From positions 1 to 64,000 of IMG/VR virus record IMGVR_UViG_3300035498_000327: 64,000 bases of DNA; one strand, written 5' to 3'. The translations under genes were made by a program, and so were the position numbers. Shown here one piece after another: positions 1 to 10,445 of this stretch; within the stretch, counting starts at the first letter, position 1; each line of letters begins with the position of its first letter. The DNA is from a virus. Lineage: Duplodnaviria > Caudoviricetes. The notes under the pieces are model-generated. The model worked only from the letters and a program-made list of their open reading frames with translations, searched no databases and was not told the origin of the DNA.

Positions 1-2025
1 GAGACGTTTATAGTCTTCATCATCTTTCTTCATCTTCTTTATCTTCTTCTCTATGATGGAATTGATATAGAAGAGTCTAGCAAGTTCATGCTTAATACCT
101 TCGATGTTGTTTTCACTATAAGTAGTGAGAAGCCTATGACTCTCTTGATATTCTGCTTCGAGGTCTCTAGGCAACTCTATGAAGAGATTACCACTTCTTC
201 CGAATCTTACTGGTAAAGGTTTAGCTTCTACTATGATAGCAGTAGGAGTAAGTAACTCTCTAATCTCATTAAGAATCTTATCTGCCTCTACATTCTTAGT
301 CTCGCAGTAGAAAGCATCTAAAGATTTCTTATTGAAGATAGCTTCTACTACTTCATCTAATGGTTTTACTATAAGACCATCTGGAAACAATTTAGAGTGA
401 AGAAGGCTATTAACCTTTCTTCTTACTGGGCCTGCTTTATAAGCCTCTACTGTTCCATCATAGACTGTGAATAGCTTATTGTTAGCATTAGTATGCTCGA
501 AGTCTCCTGGAGCTACTATATTGCTGGGTTTACCAGTAAGGTCTAAGTTGATACTCTTAAGTACATTGTCCACGAACTGAGAACAAATCATACTAAGATT
601 ATAAGCGGTGTCTTCTCCTTTGTTCACTACGAGCTTGAAGATATTCTTCATATTGTAAGTAGTCTGATCCACATGCCTCTTATAGTAGTCAATAACCTTC
701 GCGAGCTTTTCCTTAACCTTAGGCTCGACGAAGAATGTGATGACCTTAAGATTAGGTTGTTTAGCATGTTTATAGAATCCAAGATTCTCGATTGAGAATC
801 CTGATTTTCCATTAGGGTCTGAGAAGTTGAAACTGAAGATATGATCCATCTTCTCATCAAGAGATATACCAGCATGAGACCAACGAGAATGAGTCCATCC
901 TCTAATGACTTTACTTACCATTCCTCCATGATTGATAAGAGTAATGTATACTGGCTCTAACTTCACTAGAGGATTCTTTACTGCTTCCTCCACAGCATCA
1001 AGCTTAGAGATATCTATGATCTGAAGTCTCTTATGCTCATTGAACCAGTTTATCTGCCTCTGTCTAGCATAAGCTATACTAGATTCATTATATGGAACAC
1101 TAGGATTCCAGCCAAGTCTTATTATTTCATCAGTATTTCCTTCAGCCATAGCTTTACGGATATTCTCATGAAGTTCCATAGACTTATCTCCGTTTAATAT
1201 ATACTCATATGGATCTACATCGAGATTAAATAAATCACTCATCTCATCAGGGGTAAACCAAGGAGTCACTTGAGGTATATCTTCACTGTAGTCAGAGTAG
1301 CCATTCTGTATCTCATCATAGTCTTCATATAGCCTACTTAGTACAGCGTTCTCATATAGAGAGCTTTTACTTGATATCTTCTCAAGTAGTCTACACTTCA
1401 TTCTCAATGCATCACAACTAACCATCTCTTCCTTTATATCTGAGACATATTCATTAAGAGTTCTATCAGACACTGGAACGACAAAGTTTAAGTCTGCTTT
1501 GATATTGGCAAACTTATTCTTCATGATATTATACATATTGTATACATCGTAACCCCAGATAGAGGTAGAGTATTCATTAGAGAACCGTCTTATATCTGAT
1601 TGGAGGTTATTGAAGTTTCTGTACTTAGTCTCTAACTCTTCTTCCGTATAGTCTGGTTTATCGTCTTCTACCCATGGGTTTATGATAATCACACCATGTT
1701 GAAGAGATAACTGGTTTACCTTATCTATCTTCTGTAGATTAGACTTAGTTTCATCTTCACTCAGTTCAGCTTTCAACTTAATACGGAAGTTAGAGTCATC
1801 GAGTCCTGCTTCAAGTACAGAGTCGTCGGAGATCTTATCATTAGCTGATATAAGATTATGTTTGAGCAACTCGTATAACTCCGTATTGGTTCTACCATAC
1901 TTAGCTATACAACACTCATCAGATCTTTTTCTCTGATCATACGTCATAGCTTGCCAATTCTTCATATCAATCTCAAGAGACTCAAAATCATCGAAAGTAA
2001 CGTTTATAACGTTCTCATTATCCAT
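1..2025 (-). CDS. Large protein, truncated at window edge, with a permuted papain-like (NlpC/P60, YiiX/YaeF-type) domain; probable virion protein
   Basis: Absent from the ORF track (no stop in window). ATG at 2025 after GGAGG, open to base 1. Hand translation gives GWTHSRWSHAGISLD (900-856) followed by MICSQFVDNVL (591-559), the His-before-Cys order of permuted NlpC/P60 enzymes. Confidence 0.7.
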   Translation of the reverse strand, partial: MDNENVINVTFDDFESLEIDMKNWQAMTYDQRKRSDECCIAKYGRTNTELYELLKHNLISANDKISDDSVLEAGLDDSNFRIKLKAELSEDETKSNLQKIDKVNQLSLQHGVIIINPWVEDDKPDYTEEELETKYRNFNNLQSDIRRFSNEYSTSIWGYDVYNMYNIMKNKFANIKADLNFVVPVSDRTLNEYVSDIKEEMVSCDALRMKCRLLEKISSKSSLYENAVLSRLYEDYDEIQNGYSDYSEDIPQVTPWFTPDEMSDLFNLDVDPYEYILNGDKSMELHENIRKAMAEGNTDEIIRLGWNPSVPYNESSIAYARQRQINWFNEHKRLQIIDISKLDAVEEAVKNPLVKLEPVYITLINHGGMVSKVIRGWTHSRWSHAGISLDEKMDHIFSFNFSDPNGKSGFSIENLGFYKHAKQPNLKVITFFVEPKVKEKLAKVIDYYKRHVDQTTYNMKNIFKLVVNKGEDTAYNLSMICSQFVDNVLKSINLDLTGKPSNIVAPGDFEHTNANNKLFTVYDGTVEAYKAGPVRRKVNSLLHSKLFPDGLIVKPLDEVVEAIFNKKSLDAFYCETKNVEADKILNEIRELLTPTAIIVEAKPLPVRFGRSGNLFIELPRDLEAEYQESHRLLTTYSENNIEGIKHELARLFYINSIIEKKIKKMKKDDEDYKRL

Positions 2026-2032
2026 GTCTTAC

Positions 2033-3442
2033 TTACCTCCTTTCTTCTTTAGTAGCTTTAGTACTCATATAGTTCTCCGCTACGTTCATGATATACTCCT
2101 GGATTCTATTGCCGCTTTCTGCTACCACTCCAGGGCATATGGTAGACTCAGTATAGTACTTACCATTAGCCAAATTCAGCTTAGTAACACCACCAGTACC
2201 CTTTCCACTATCTACAGCTTCTATCAAGAATCTCTTATCTGTTCCGATGATATACTGCTTGGTCATATTAGTCAACTCATTGTAGAAAGCATACATATCA
2301 AGAGTAGCTTCAGCCATAGGCTCAAACTTAATCTGGTCTGGAGTATAGAGCTTCTTACCGAATACTGCTTCATAGATGAATCCTTCCTCTACAAACTCAT
2401 CTAAGTGGCCTTTGATGGCTGATTCGAATCTAGCCTTACCATCCTTCACTTTATATAAATCATAGGTAGAATCTTTTAAAACGCCTCTATCACCCTTTCT
2501 AAGTTTACCTTCCCTATCCCTATAGAAGATTGAGTTAAAAAGAGGAGAATCAGAAATTGCGAAGTCCTCATCATCCGAGAATACGTTGTTTCCGGAGCGG
2601 TTTATAACGTAGACATCATTACTACTAGCCGCCATAGGCATCATACCTTGTATACCAGCAAACATATTTTCATTGATATTGATTACCCTTTCACCAGACT
2701 GCTCTACTAGTTGCAACTTAAGGTCACTCATAGTAACTAAGAGCTGGCTAAAGTCATTGTTTGTAAGCCTAAGATAGTTGAAGTCTGTGTTCTTGATGAT
2801 ATGCTCCTCCTTAGCTATCTGCTTAGCTCTATACTCTGGCATACTTCTGTTATTAGGTTTATCTCCACCGTCCTTAACTTCTATGATGAGATTATAAGGG
2901 ATATAGTAGATATCAGAAATATACCAGTGCAACTGCCCTCCATATTCGTACTGCATGGTAGGACCAGGAGTAGCAATATCTACAGCCTTACAATTCAGTA
3001 CCTTATCCATAAACTCAAGAGTCTTTCCTTCATAGCTGCCAGTATATACCATGACTGTACCATCAGAGAATCTGTATCTACTAGAGATACCTCTATTAGC
3101 AAGCATCTTCTCCTGGCCTTCTACAGTCTGAGTAATCCTGGTTACTCCTCTCTTTTTCATCATATTTGCTTCGAAGTTCTTAACGAAGCTATCATGACAA
3201 GCTTTCTTACCACACTGTCTATCGTATCTTCCTTTTTCTTCATCCCACTTAGTAGGCCCACCGCATTCAGTACACCTACCATTATAGTCCATATTGTTTG
3301 GGTAGTTGATGGCGTTAAAGGCTACTCTCATTGGAGTAAACCCTTCAGGTATCATATCTTCATGCTTCATTTCAATGTGTCTAATTAGGTCCTTTCTCTC
3401 TTTCTTAAGATCGCAGTAAGGACACTTATATTTCTTACCCAT
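2033..3442 (-). CDS. Zn-finger plus TnsA/T4 gp4-like PD-(D/E)XK nuclease (head-completion-like)
   Basis: Start refined to ATG 3442 (GGAGGTGA SD). CPYC..H..KH C2H2 finger, CTEC/CGKKAC, YTGSYE...YISD...IIEVK nuclease motif. Confidence 0.55.
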   Translation of the reverse strand: MGKKYKCPYCDLKKERKDLIRHIEMKHEDMIPEGFTPMRVAFNAINYPNNMDYNGRCTECGGPTKWDEEKGRYDRQCGKKACHDSFVKNFEANMMKKRGVTRITQTVEGQEKMLANRGISSRYRFSDGTVMVYTGSYEGKTLEFMDKVLNCKAVDIATPGPTMQYEYGGQLHWYISDIYYIPYNLIIEVKDGGDKPNNRSMPEYRAKQIAKEEHIIKNTDFNYLRLTNNDFSQLLVTMSDLKLQLVEQSGERVININENMFAGIQGMMPMAASSNDVYVINRSGNNVFSDDEDFAISDSPLFNSIFYRDREGKLRKGDRGVLKDSTYDLYKVKDGKARFESAIKGHLDEFVEEGFIYEAVFGKKLYTPDQIKFEPMAEATLDMYAFYNELTNMTKQYIIGTDKRFLIEAVDSGKGTGGVTKLNLANGKYYTESTICPGVVAESGNRIQEYIMNVAENYMSTKATKEERR

Positions 3443-3515
3443 GTCTTCACCTCCTAAATTATTAATAAGTTGAGGTGTATGTGGGTAGGCCAACTTAATA
3501 ATAAATCGTAAACTT

Positions 3516-3527
3516 TTACAGGTGAAA
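3516..3527 (+). promoter_or_regulatory. AR9-type late promoter motif AACA-N6-TA (representative; 16 intergenic copies listed in findings)
   Basis: AACAcaagtaTA directly upstream of the baseplate gene cluster. Confidence 0.6.
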
Positions 3528-3560
3528 CACAAGTATAATTTGGAAGGAGAGTATGAAATT

Positions 3561-3938
3561 ATGGCTATTATGCAGCGTGAATACCTACTCACTACAAATA
3601 AATTCAAGGAACCATCAGTCGTCACTGGGTCTAATGCTATAGGCTTACTCCTGATGAGACTTATAATGATGGAACCAGGAACAGATCCTCTACATCCCGA
3701 AATGGGAGTTGGAATAGGAAACTACAGATATACAATGGATAAAGAAGAAGACCTTAGATCAAGAATAGAATCGCAGATATCAACTTATCTGCCTTATTTC
3801 TCTGATGCTATAGTATCACTTGTCTATTGCCCAGATCATACGGTAAATATAGAGATAAGTATGAACGATGTAACTTATGTCTACGACTCATCTGAAGCTC
3901 CTACTCCTATTACACTAGAGGATGTAACAAGCAACTAA
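3561..3938 (+). CDS. Baseplate wedge protein, T4 gp25-like
   Basis: LIMMEPGTDPLHPEMGVGIGNYRY resembles the gp25/GPW motif; about 125 aa. Confidence 0.6.
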   Translation: MAIMQREYLLTTNKFKEPSVVTGSNAIGLLLMRLIMMEPGTDPLHPEMGVGIGNYRYTMDKEEDLRSRIESQISTYLPYFSDAIVSLVYCPDHTVNIEISMNDVTYVYDSSEAPTPITLEDVTSN

Positions 3939-3962
3939 ATTTCATAAGGAGGTTTTATAGAT

Positions 3963-5879
3963 ATGAATGGAAGAGCTGTAGACGCAGATATAAATACTTC
4001 TAGCACTAGAAGAACGTCTTCATCTAGTAGACCTAGAAAAGAGCCTACGATTCCTGGAGTTACATTAGATTCAGGAGGAGCAGAAGAAGCAGTTTCTCAT
4101 ATTCTTCCTAAGCAGGAGCAGCCAGTTCAGCAGGAGCATGGAACTAGACGTCGTGTAAGTATTTCAGACATTGTTCCAGATAAAGAAGAAAAGAAAGATA
4201 TCCCTGGAGTTACATTGCTTAAAAGCCCTCAGGATGAGATCCTTAAGCCAGGTGGAGTATTTGACCAGTATGTAGCAGAGAAGACAGAAGAAATGAGACA
4301 GAGAATGGCTGAAGAGGAAGCTAAGCGACAGGCAGCCATGGAAGAAGCAGAGCTCGGAGAAGATGAAGTAGATGAGTTCGGTGATGAGTTAGATGAGGAC
4401 GAGGCAGACATCTTATCTAATGAGGATGCACCGGCATCTGAGGCTTCTAATGTACACGTTAACTCAGTATCCAGAGATGATGTATCTAACTGGGAGGCCG
4501 AAGAAGAGGAAGAAGAGCCTGAAGTGGAGGATGAGGAAGAGAACTTCGAAGACGTAGAAGATTCAGAGGTCCCATTCTATCAGGCTATGAAAGAAAAAGG
4601 CTTCCAGGACGACTATGAGTATCCGGAGGAATATAATCTCCCCGAAGATAACTTCTTAGACGATGAAGAAGAAGTAGAAGATGAACCGACTGAAGAGGTT
4701 ATCGAAGACGACGAGGAAGACAATGAAACTCTGGATCATGAGCTGGGAGCTAAGAAGATTAGATTCGTTACAACAGATGACGAGTCTGTAGACGATATCG
4801 AGAAAGAAGTAGAATCTGATACCGGTGAGCCGTCTGATGATGAGAGACTTGAGGAACTTAGAGCTCAGATCGCTGAGAAGATTAAGCCTACGGCTAGGAA
4901 GCTTAGTCTTGAAGGCTGGACCGTAGCGAACAAAGCTACCGCTTCTAACAGAATCTTTGATACAACAGAGGCTTCCGCAGGTAAGTGGGTACTCCCGGCT
5001 ACTGGTATCTGCATTGAGATGAGAGAAATCTCCGGGCAGAAGATCGAGTACATCCGTGAAAATATGGGTAACAATCCGACAGCTGCAAGAAACCGGCTTA
5101 AAGTACTGTATGAGCACGTTACTACTCCTAAGCCACAGAGTTTTGAAGCTTGGACTAAGAGTATCGCTTATGCTGACTATGATCATTTGTTCATGCCTGT
5201 ATATCTGGCAGCATTCTCAGACTCTAACTACATTCCTCAGACATGTGAAATCGAGAAGAACAAGATTCCGCGTAAGGAAACTGGCTGTGGTAAGATGTTT
5301 ATTACCGATAATATCCCAATCATGAAGTGTGTGAAGTTCAAGGATAAGGAGTCTGAGTCAAAGTTTTGGAAGTTATATGACTCCGACAGAACAAACGCAG
5401 ACGGTCTGTATGCAACAGAAATTCTGCCTATCTCTGATAAGTTTGCTATCTCATTCAGAGATCCTTCCTTGTACAATATCTTCTTTGAGAGTGCTTCTTA
5501 CGGAAAGGAGTTCTCTGACAAGTACAACAACATTATTTCTATCATGCCATATATTGACAAAGTATATTGGCTGGATCACGCTAATATGAAGATGGTAGAA
5601 GTTACGTACAAGAAGTATGAGAACAACGCTGCTAAGACAGCTAAGTCAAAGGTAATTCGGTACTCTAAAGTATTCGATACATTCAGTACTGATGAGTATT
5701 CTAATATGCTCAATATCATCAACAGTATCTCTGACCGTGTTGACTGGATGTCATATCAGATTCCGGAGTTGACTTGCCCTGAGTGCGGCAGAGTAATCCC
5801 AGAAGAGCCACTTAGCGCTTCAGGACTGGTTTTTACACGGCATCGGTTGGGAATTTTAGCCAGTTCGTCGATAAATTAA
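3963..5879 (+). CDS. Acidic N-terminus plus baseplate hub/tail assembly chaperone-like domain (T4 gp26-like)
   Basis: 638-aa ORF; D/E-rich first half; internal Cys motif and C-terminal CPECG; lies between gp25-like and gp51-like genes. Confidence 0.4.
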   Translation: MNGRAVDADINTSSTRRTSSSSRPRKEPTIPGVTLDSGGAEEAVSHILPKQEQPVQQEHGTRRRVSISDIVPDKEEKKDIPGVTLLKSPQDEILKPGGVFDQYVAEKTEEMRQRMAEEEAKRQAAMEEAELGEDEVDEFGDELDEDEADILSNEDAPASEASNVHVNSVSRDDVSNWEAEEEEEEPEVEDEEENFEDVEDSEVPFYQAMKEKGFQDDYEYPEEYNLPEDNFLDDEEEVEDEPTEEVIEDDEEDNETLDHELGAKKIRFVTTDDESVDDIEKEVESDTGEPSDDERLEELRAQIAEKIKPTARKLSLEGWTVANKATASNRIFDTTEASAGKWVLPATGICIEMREISGQKIEYIRENMGNNPTAARNRLKVLYEHVTTPKPQSFEAWTKSIAYADYDHLFMPVYLAAFSDSNYIPQTCEIEKNKIPRKETGCGKMFITDNIPIMKCVKFKDKESESKFWKLYDSDRTNADGLYATEILPISDKFAISFRDPSLYNIFFESASYGKEFSDKYNNIISIMPYIDKVYWLDHANMKMVEVTYKKYENNAAKTAKSKVIRYSKVFDTFSTDEYSNMLNIINSISDRVDWMSYQIPELTCPECGRVIPEEPLSASGLVFTRHRLGILASSSIN

Positions 5880-5893
5880 GTTGTGTATGCAAC

Positions 5894-6139
5894 TTGATGA
5901 AAGGACGACTCACCATGGGTGAGCTAATGAACTTACCGAATAGGATCTTCCATACATTATACCATAACCACTATCTAGTAGAAGAAGCTCGTGCTAAACG
6001 AGAAGCAGAAGAAGCAAAGAAAGGAAAGTCTAGTTCTAACGGAAGGAAGTTCAGAAATCCTTTAGATGATATGACAGCTACTCAGATGGAGGACTTGGAA
6101 GATGAATTGGAGGATGCAGCCGAGGAGGGAATGCTATAG
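5894..6139 (+). CDS. Small T4 gp51-like hub assembly protein (start uncertain)
   Basis: MGELMNLPNRIFHTLY resembles the gp51-type motif. The frame is open upstream to 5816. Confidence 0.35.
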   Translation: MMKGRLTMGELMNLPNRIFHTLYHNHYLVEEARAKREAEEAKKGKSSSNGRKFRNPLDDMTATQMEDLEDELEDAAEEGML

Positions 6140-6451
6140 ATGGACAGAGTAGAGTATGCTCACTCTATAAACACTGGATCTTTAGATTTCAGCTCAGCTT
6201 TCATCAACTATTTCGATCAACTAATGGGCGTATATGGATTCATTCAACCATGTAACTACCAGATCGAGATAGTTAGTTCAAATAACAATATCCTTGTTCT
6301 GAATATGAAGTTCAAGGATGGAGAATCTGCATTGAAGATATGTAGTATCTTGAGTGCTTCAGATAGAGTGATGCAAATATATGGTAGAACTTTTAAGTTC
6401 GATGTGTACCATGTTTCATTAGATACAATTCAGTTACAGATAACAGAATAA
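6140..6451 (+). CDS. Hypothetical protein
   Basis: 103-aa ORF abutting the previous gene, followed by a terminator. Confidence 0.6.
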   Translation: MDRVEYAHSINTGSLDFSSAFINYFDQLMGVYGFIQPCNYQIEIVSSNNNILVLNMKFKDGESALKICSILSASDRVMQIYGRTFKFDVYHVSLDTIQLQITE

Positions 6452-6455
6452 AGAT

Positions 6456-6489
6456 AGGGTGGAGCTAGGTAATCTGGCTCCACCTTTTA
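6456..6489 (+). terminator. Intrinsic terminator
   Basis: AGGGTGGAGC...GCTCCACCCT stem followed by T residues. Confidence 0.7.
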
Positions 6490-6523
6490 CATTTCAGTAA
6501 GTTTAGAAAGGAGGAATCACTAA

Positions 6524-8744
6524 ATGCTTGGATACAATAGCGTTATATCAGAGATAGATAGACTCATTGAGTCAAACCATTATTCCACTATCGATGAACT
6601 GCTTGAAATGGCTAACGATGTAATGGAAGAGGCTGTGCTTACAGAGATCGAGTATAACAAGGTAGTCAAACACCTTAAGCTTGAGATACTTGATATAGAC
6701 AGATTTGTATCTGCTAATGATTGTAAGCAGGTCACTAACCCAGTATTCTTTATTCGGAACAACATTCCTACAGATGATGGGTTACTGTCTAATACTATCT
6801 TTGGAATTACGAGAGATGATAGAGCTGGAATCTATGCTTACATTGACTTAGGAGGATGGTTTATAGACCCATCTTGTTATAAGACATGGATAAGAATGGA
6901 CTCCCACATTAAAGAAGTCATCCATGGGCTCGATACTTATACTGTGAATGAAGCAGGGGAGATAGTTCCTAGTGCTAGTGGCAGTAATGGTATAGACTTC
7001 ATCAAGAAGAATATAAATAAGATTAAGTTTAAGTCTACTGACTCTATCAAAAGAGACTTGAAGATACAGTACTTAGAGAAGAACAAGAACAGAATGTTTA
7101 TCAACAAGTATCTTGTCATACCACCATTCTATAGAGATACTAACACCGGTAAGAATGGTACTGTAGGTGTAGGTGGTGTGAATGTATTATATCGTAATCT
7201 TATCTTAGCAGTACAGGCTCTTAACTCTACACAAGATTATGGTTTCGACAACACTGGTACACTTAGAGCAAGAATCCAAGAAATACTTATGTCTATATAT
7301 GACTGGTTCTGTGGCAATACTAATGCTACTTCCTCTGTAGAACCAGGAGTAGGTATTGCCGGTAAGAAGGGTGTACTTCGTATGGCTAATATGAGTAAAA
7401 CAACTAACTATTCTTCTAGAATGGTTATAGCCGCACCGGAGTTAAAAGCAGAGACTGTAGACGACATGATGGTTAACCAAGAGCATACTGCTTTACCATT
7501 AGCCGCTTGCTTAGCTAACTATAGAAACTATATCATCTTTAACGCTAAGAGATTCTTTGAGCAAGAGTTCATCGGTAATGAGCAATACTTAGTGGTAAGG
7601 AAGAATGGTAAGAGAGAGTATGTGAATATGAAAGATCCCCTTATGGAATTCTCTGATGAGAAGATAAAGAGGGAAATGGACCGTTTCTTACACGGATATA
7701 ACAACAGATTCGTTCCGATATCAGTACCCTTAGAGGATGGAACTACTGTATACATGGCATTTAAAGGTAAGTTTAATAAGCCTGGAGAAGGCGAAGAGAG
7801 CTTATGTAAAAGAAGACTCACCTGGTGCGACGTATTCTATATCAGTGCAGTAGAAGCAGTCAGAGATAAGAATATTCTCATAGTAAGATATCCTGTACAG
7901 ATTGAAATCTTAAGACCTGCAGCATAACCTAAACCGAAAGGCATGGTATGAAAAACCCATCTAATGCTGGGAGAGGATAATGCTCATATGGCTATACTCA
8001 TAGTAGTCGAAAGACAGAAACAAATGTATGAGATTTCTATATGCTGAAAAGCTAAGTAGAATATGTAATTCCTTAATCAGCAGCGAAGTTAAACTTATAG
8101 TTTAATGTGCTCACAGATCATCGAAAGCTAGATACTCTTCATTGTCAGAAATGGCTAAACGCGAAACTCGGGAAGAGTTGAGAATAAGGTATAGAGATAT
8201 ACACGAAGCGAGTAGAGTAGAGCCTTATATAGGTACGGCATCCTGATATCAAGTAAGTCCGTTTAAATCGAAATGGTGGGATTAGGTATAATATGGTAAC
8301 AGTATATACCTAGTGTGATATGATCGGCATAAGTAAAATATGTGAGATAGTTATTTCAATCAGATAACAACGAAAGCAGTAGTGTCTTCTACTAAAGAAA
8401 CAGAGCCTATGTATATAGACGGTAAATACTATCCTTATTACCCTAAGATAAGGGAAGAGGATATAGGGTCTAATACCGGTAATACTTTCGTTGACACCCT
8501 TAAAATGAGTAACTTATACTTGGACGGTATGGGGGGGGACTATGATGGAGATACCGTTACGGCTAAGTCTCCTTATACGATTGAGTCTAATCAGGAGTTA
8601 GATGAGTTCATGAACTCTAAAGCTAACTTTATTAACTTAGGCGGTAATAACGTTAAGATAGTTAAGGCTGATACAGTACAGTCACTATACTCCCTTACTA
8701 AAGTACTTGATAAGTCTAAGCTTAAAGATCCGGTATTTGAATGA
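6524..8744 (+). CDS. Multisubunit RNA polymerase beta' N-terminal/catalytic subunit, spliced: join(6524..7896,8345..8744), 590 aa
   Basis: Motifs DGLLS..IFG, VIPPFYRD, GKKGVLR, NYSSRMVI, VRYP in exon 1; GGDYDGD catalytic motif in exon 2. Splicing restores RYPV-DSYFNQ in frame (1773 nt). Confidence 0.9.
7897..8344 (+). ncRNA. Group I intron (ORF-less, IA-like), 448 nt
   Basis: 5' exon ends in T and intron ends in G. IGS GCAGCAT (7919-7925) pairs with ATCCTGT. P3 CCCATC/GGTGGG; P7 CAGATCA (8114-8120)/TGATCG (8321-8326) with bulged A; AATCAGCAGC Q element. Confidence 0.88.
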
Positions 8745-8750
8745 TACAAT

Positions 8751-8780
8751 GGAGGTGTACTTATAGTCTAGTACACCTCC
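8751..8780 (+). terminator. Hairpin terminator after RNAP gene
   Basis: GGAGGTGTAC/GTACACCTCC 10-bp stem. Confidence 0.55.
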
Positions 8781-8910
8781 ACTAATACTGCTTAGTATGA
8801 TAAACTATAGAAGCGATGTAAATATCTATAATTACAAGCATCAAAACAATTTATTAAAATCATGTATAGGCTAAGATGCCTACATGAAGAGTTTAAAGGA
8901 GGAAAGAGAT

Positions 8911-9753
8911 ATGGCACTTGGAAGCGAAAACACTTATGGGAACAACGGCAACAACAAAAAGGTGTTTGATCCTACTTACTATAGTAGAATCAGAATCAAG
9001 AACAGAGACAAGAAGGCATTGGACTTCAACTACAGTCGGGGGCTGCTTAAGGTTATCCTCTCAGAAGAGAGAGATAACTACAGATATGAGGATATGACTT
9101 ATATCACTATTAGTCCAACTAAAGCAAGACTTTTGATTGACCAGCTTGAAACATTCATCGGCAGAATGAAGAGCGGTGAGCCTATTGATCCTAAGGAAGG
9201 AGTCGGTATCAACAGCGGTATTGGTGAGACCGTAAACTTCTTAATCTTTAAAGTAACTGGAAATAGACCTGATGTGCCGGAGCATTCTATCGTAATGGGT
9301 AAGATCAGCCAGAACGGCATCGTGGAGTGCAGCTATGAGTTTGTCTTCAACGTAGACTATGATTTCAGTCTGCATTGGAGAGATGTAGACTCTATGGATG
9401 TAGAGAAACAGATAGACCAGTTTATGGGAATCAAGATGTTCTTGGGAGTACTTAAGGAGTTTGCAAACAGCTCGTCCGGAGCAATCGGTGCTTCTGTATG
9501 GGATACCGGAAGGTATGAGGTAAACAGACTCTCCAAGAAGATTGACCCGATCTACAACAAGCTTGGGATTGAGATATCCCACGGTAATAGGGAGAGAGAC
9601 AGAGCAGACATGGGTTCTGCATCTGAGAACTTCTTCACGAGACAGAGCTCATCTTACAGTAACCAGAACTCTCAGTCTAACCACAAGTCCTATACGGAGA
9701 TTGAGGGAATTCTTTCTGATGATGAGTATGGTGATATGCCTGAGGAGGACTAA
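8911..9753 (+). CDS. Hypothetical protein, possibly ssDNA-binding (acidic C-terminal tail)
   Basis: AGGAGG SD before ATG 8911; S/N/Q linker, then DDEYGDMPEED tail. The function is inference only. Confidence 0.3.
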   Translation: MALGSENTYGNNGNNKKVFDPTYYSRIRIKNRDKKALDFNYSRGLLKVILSEERDNYRYEDMTYITISPTKARLLIDQLETFIGRMKSGEPIDPKEGVGINSGIGETVNFLIFKVTGNRPDVPEHSIVMGKISQNGIVECSYEFVFNVDYDFSLHWRDVDSMDVEKQIDQFMGIKMFLGVLKEFANSSSGAIGASVWDTGRYEVNRLSKKIDPIYNKLGIEISHGNRERDRADMGSASENFFTRQSSSYSNQNSQSNHKSYTEIEGILSDDEYGDMPEED

Positions 9754-9755
9754 TA

Positions 9756-10445
9756 ATGGTTAGATCCATACTTCCAGGCAGTGGGAATACAGGGGGGTTA
9801 ATGACTCCCCTTATCCCATTCAATGTAATAGTAGATACAGACGAGGGTTTACTAAGGGTAATATACAAGTACTATATGGATAGTACAATCTTCAATAGAA
9901 GTTTCTTTGAAGGCCATACCATAAATTCATTAGCACAAGCATTGTATGAACGTGAAATGGAAAACCCACTGTATCTATGCATCAATGATGAGTATAAGGA
10001 CTCATGTGATAGCCTCTACAAGGAGTTCATGGAAACCAAGTATGAGACTATCCTAGATTGGTCTGTAATCACAGAAATATATAGACTTATCAGACTCTTT
10101 AACAATGAGCCAGATATTAAGTTGACTATAGTATGTGAAAGACAAGAAGAAGTAGACTGTCTCAGGGCTTCAAAAGAGACTAAGGATTGTAAGATTATCC
10201 TTAGTGACTCTCTTAAGCCTGAGACTATAAAATCATTCAACCAATTCTTTTTTAAGAGTATAGGCGATGCTATACCTTATACGAAGTATTTGACTGGTAA
10301 GACGATCTACTTTTCCAACTATACATTCAATTCTAAGGCTGGAGAGAATGATCCTATACTGGCTATACTGTCTGAGAACAATGTAGTCAATTTTATTGAT
10401 GTATTTAGATTTGACAAAGGAGATAAATCCGTTGAAGACGAGTAA
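9756..10445 (+). CDS. Hypothetical protein
   Basis: 229-aa ORF in an operon with the chaperonin. Confidence 0.6.
   Translation: MVRSILPGSGNTGGLMTPLIPFNVIVDTDEGLLRVIYKYYMDSTIFNRSFFEGHTINSLAQALYEREMENPLYLCINDEYKDSCDSLYKEFMETKYETILDWSVITEIYRLIRLFNNEPDIKLTIVCERQEEVDCLRASKETKDCKIILSDSLKPETIKSFNQFFFKSIGDAIPYTKYLTGKTIYFSNYTFNSKAGENDPILAILSENNVVNFIDVFRFDKGDKSVEDE

Noticed and set aside
3963-5879. Chimallin candidate (638 aa, upstream of RNAP beta')
   Set aside because: The acidic low-complexity N-terminal half, Cys motifs and baseplate context fit a hub/chaperone protein better.
7897-7927. C-terminal QIEILRPAA of ORF 6524-7927 and TKKVQG...GKL of ORF 30072-30539
   Set aside because: Read-through into intron sequence, not real protein ends.
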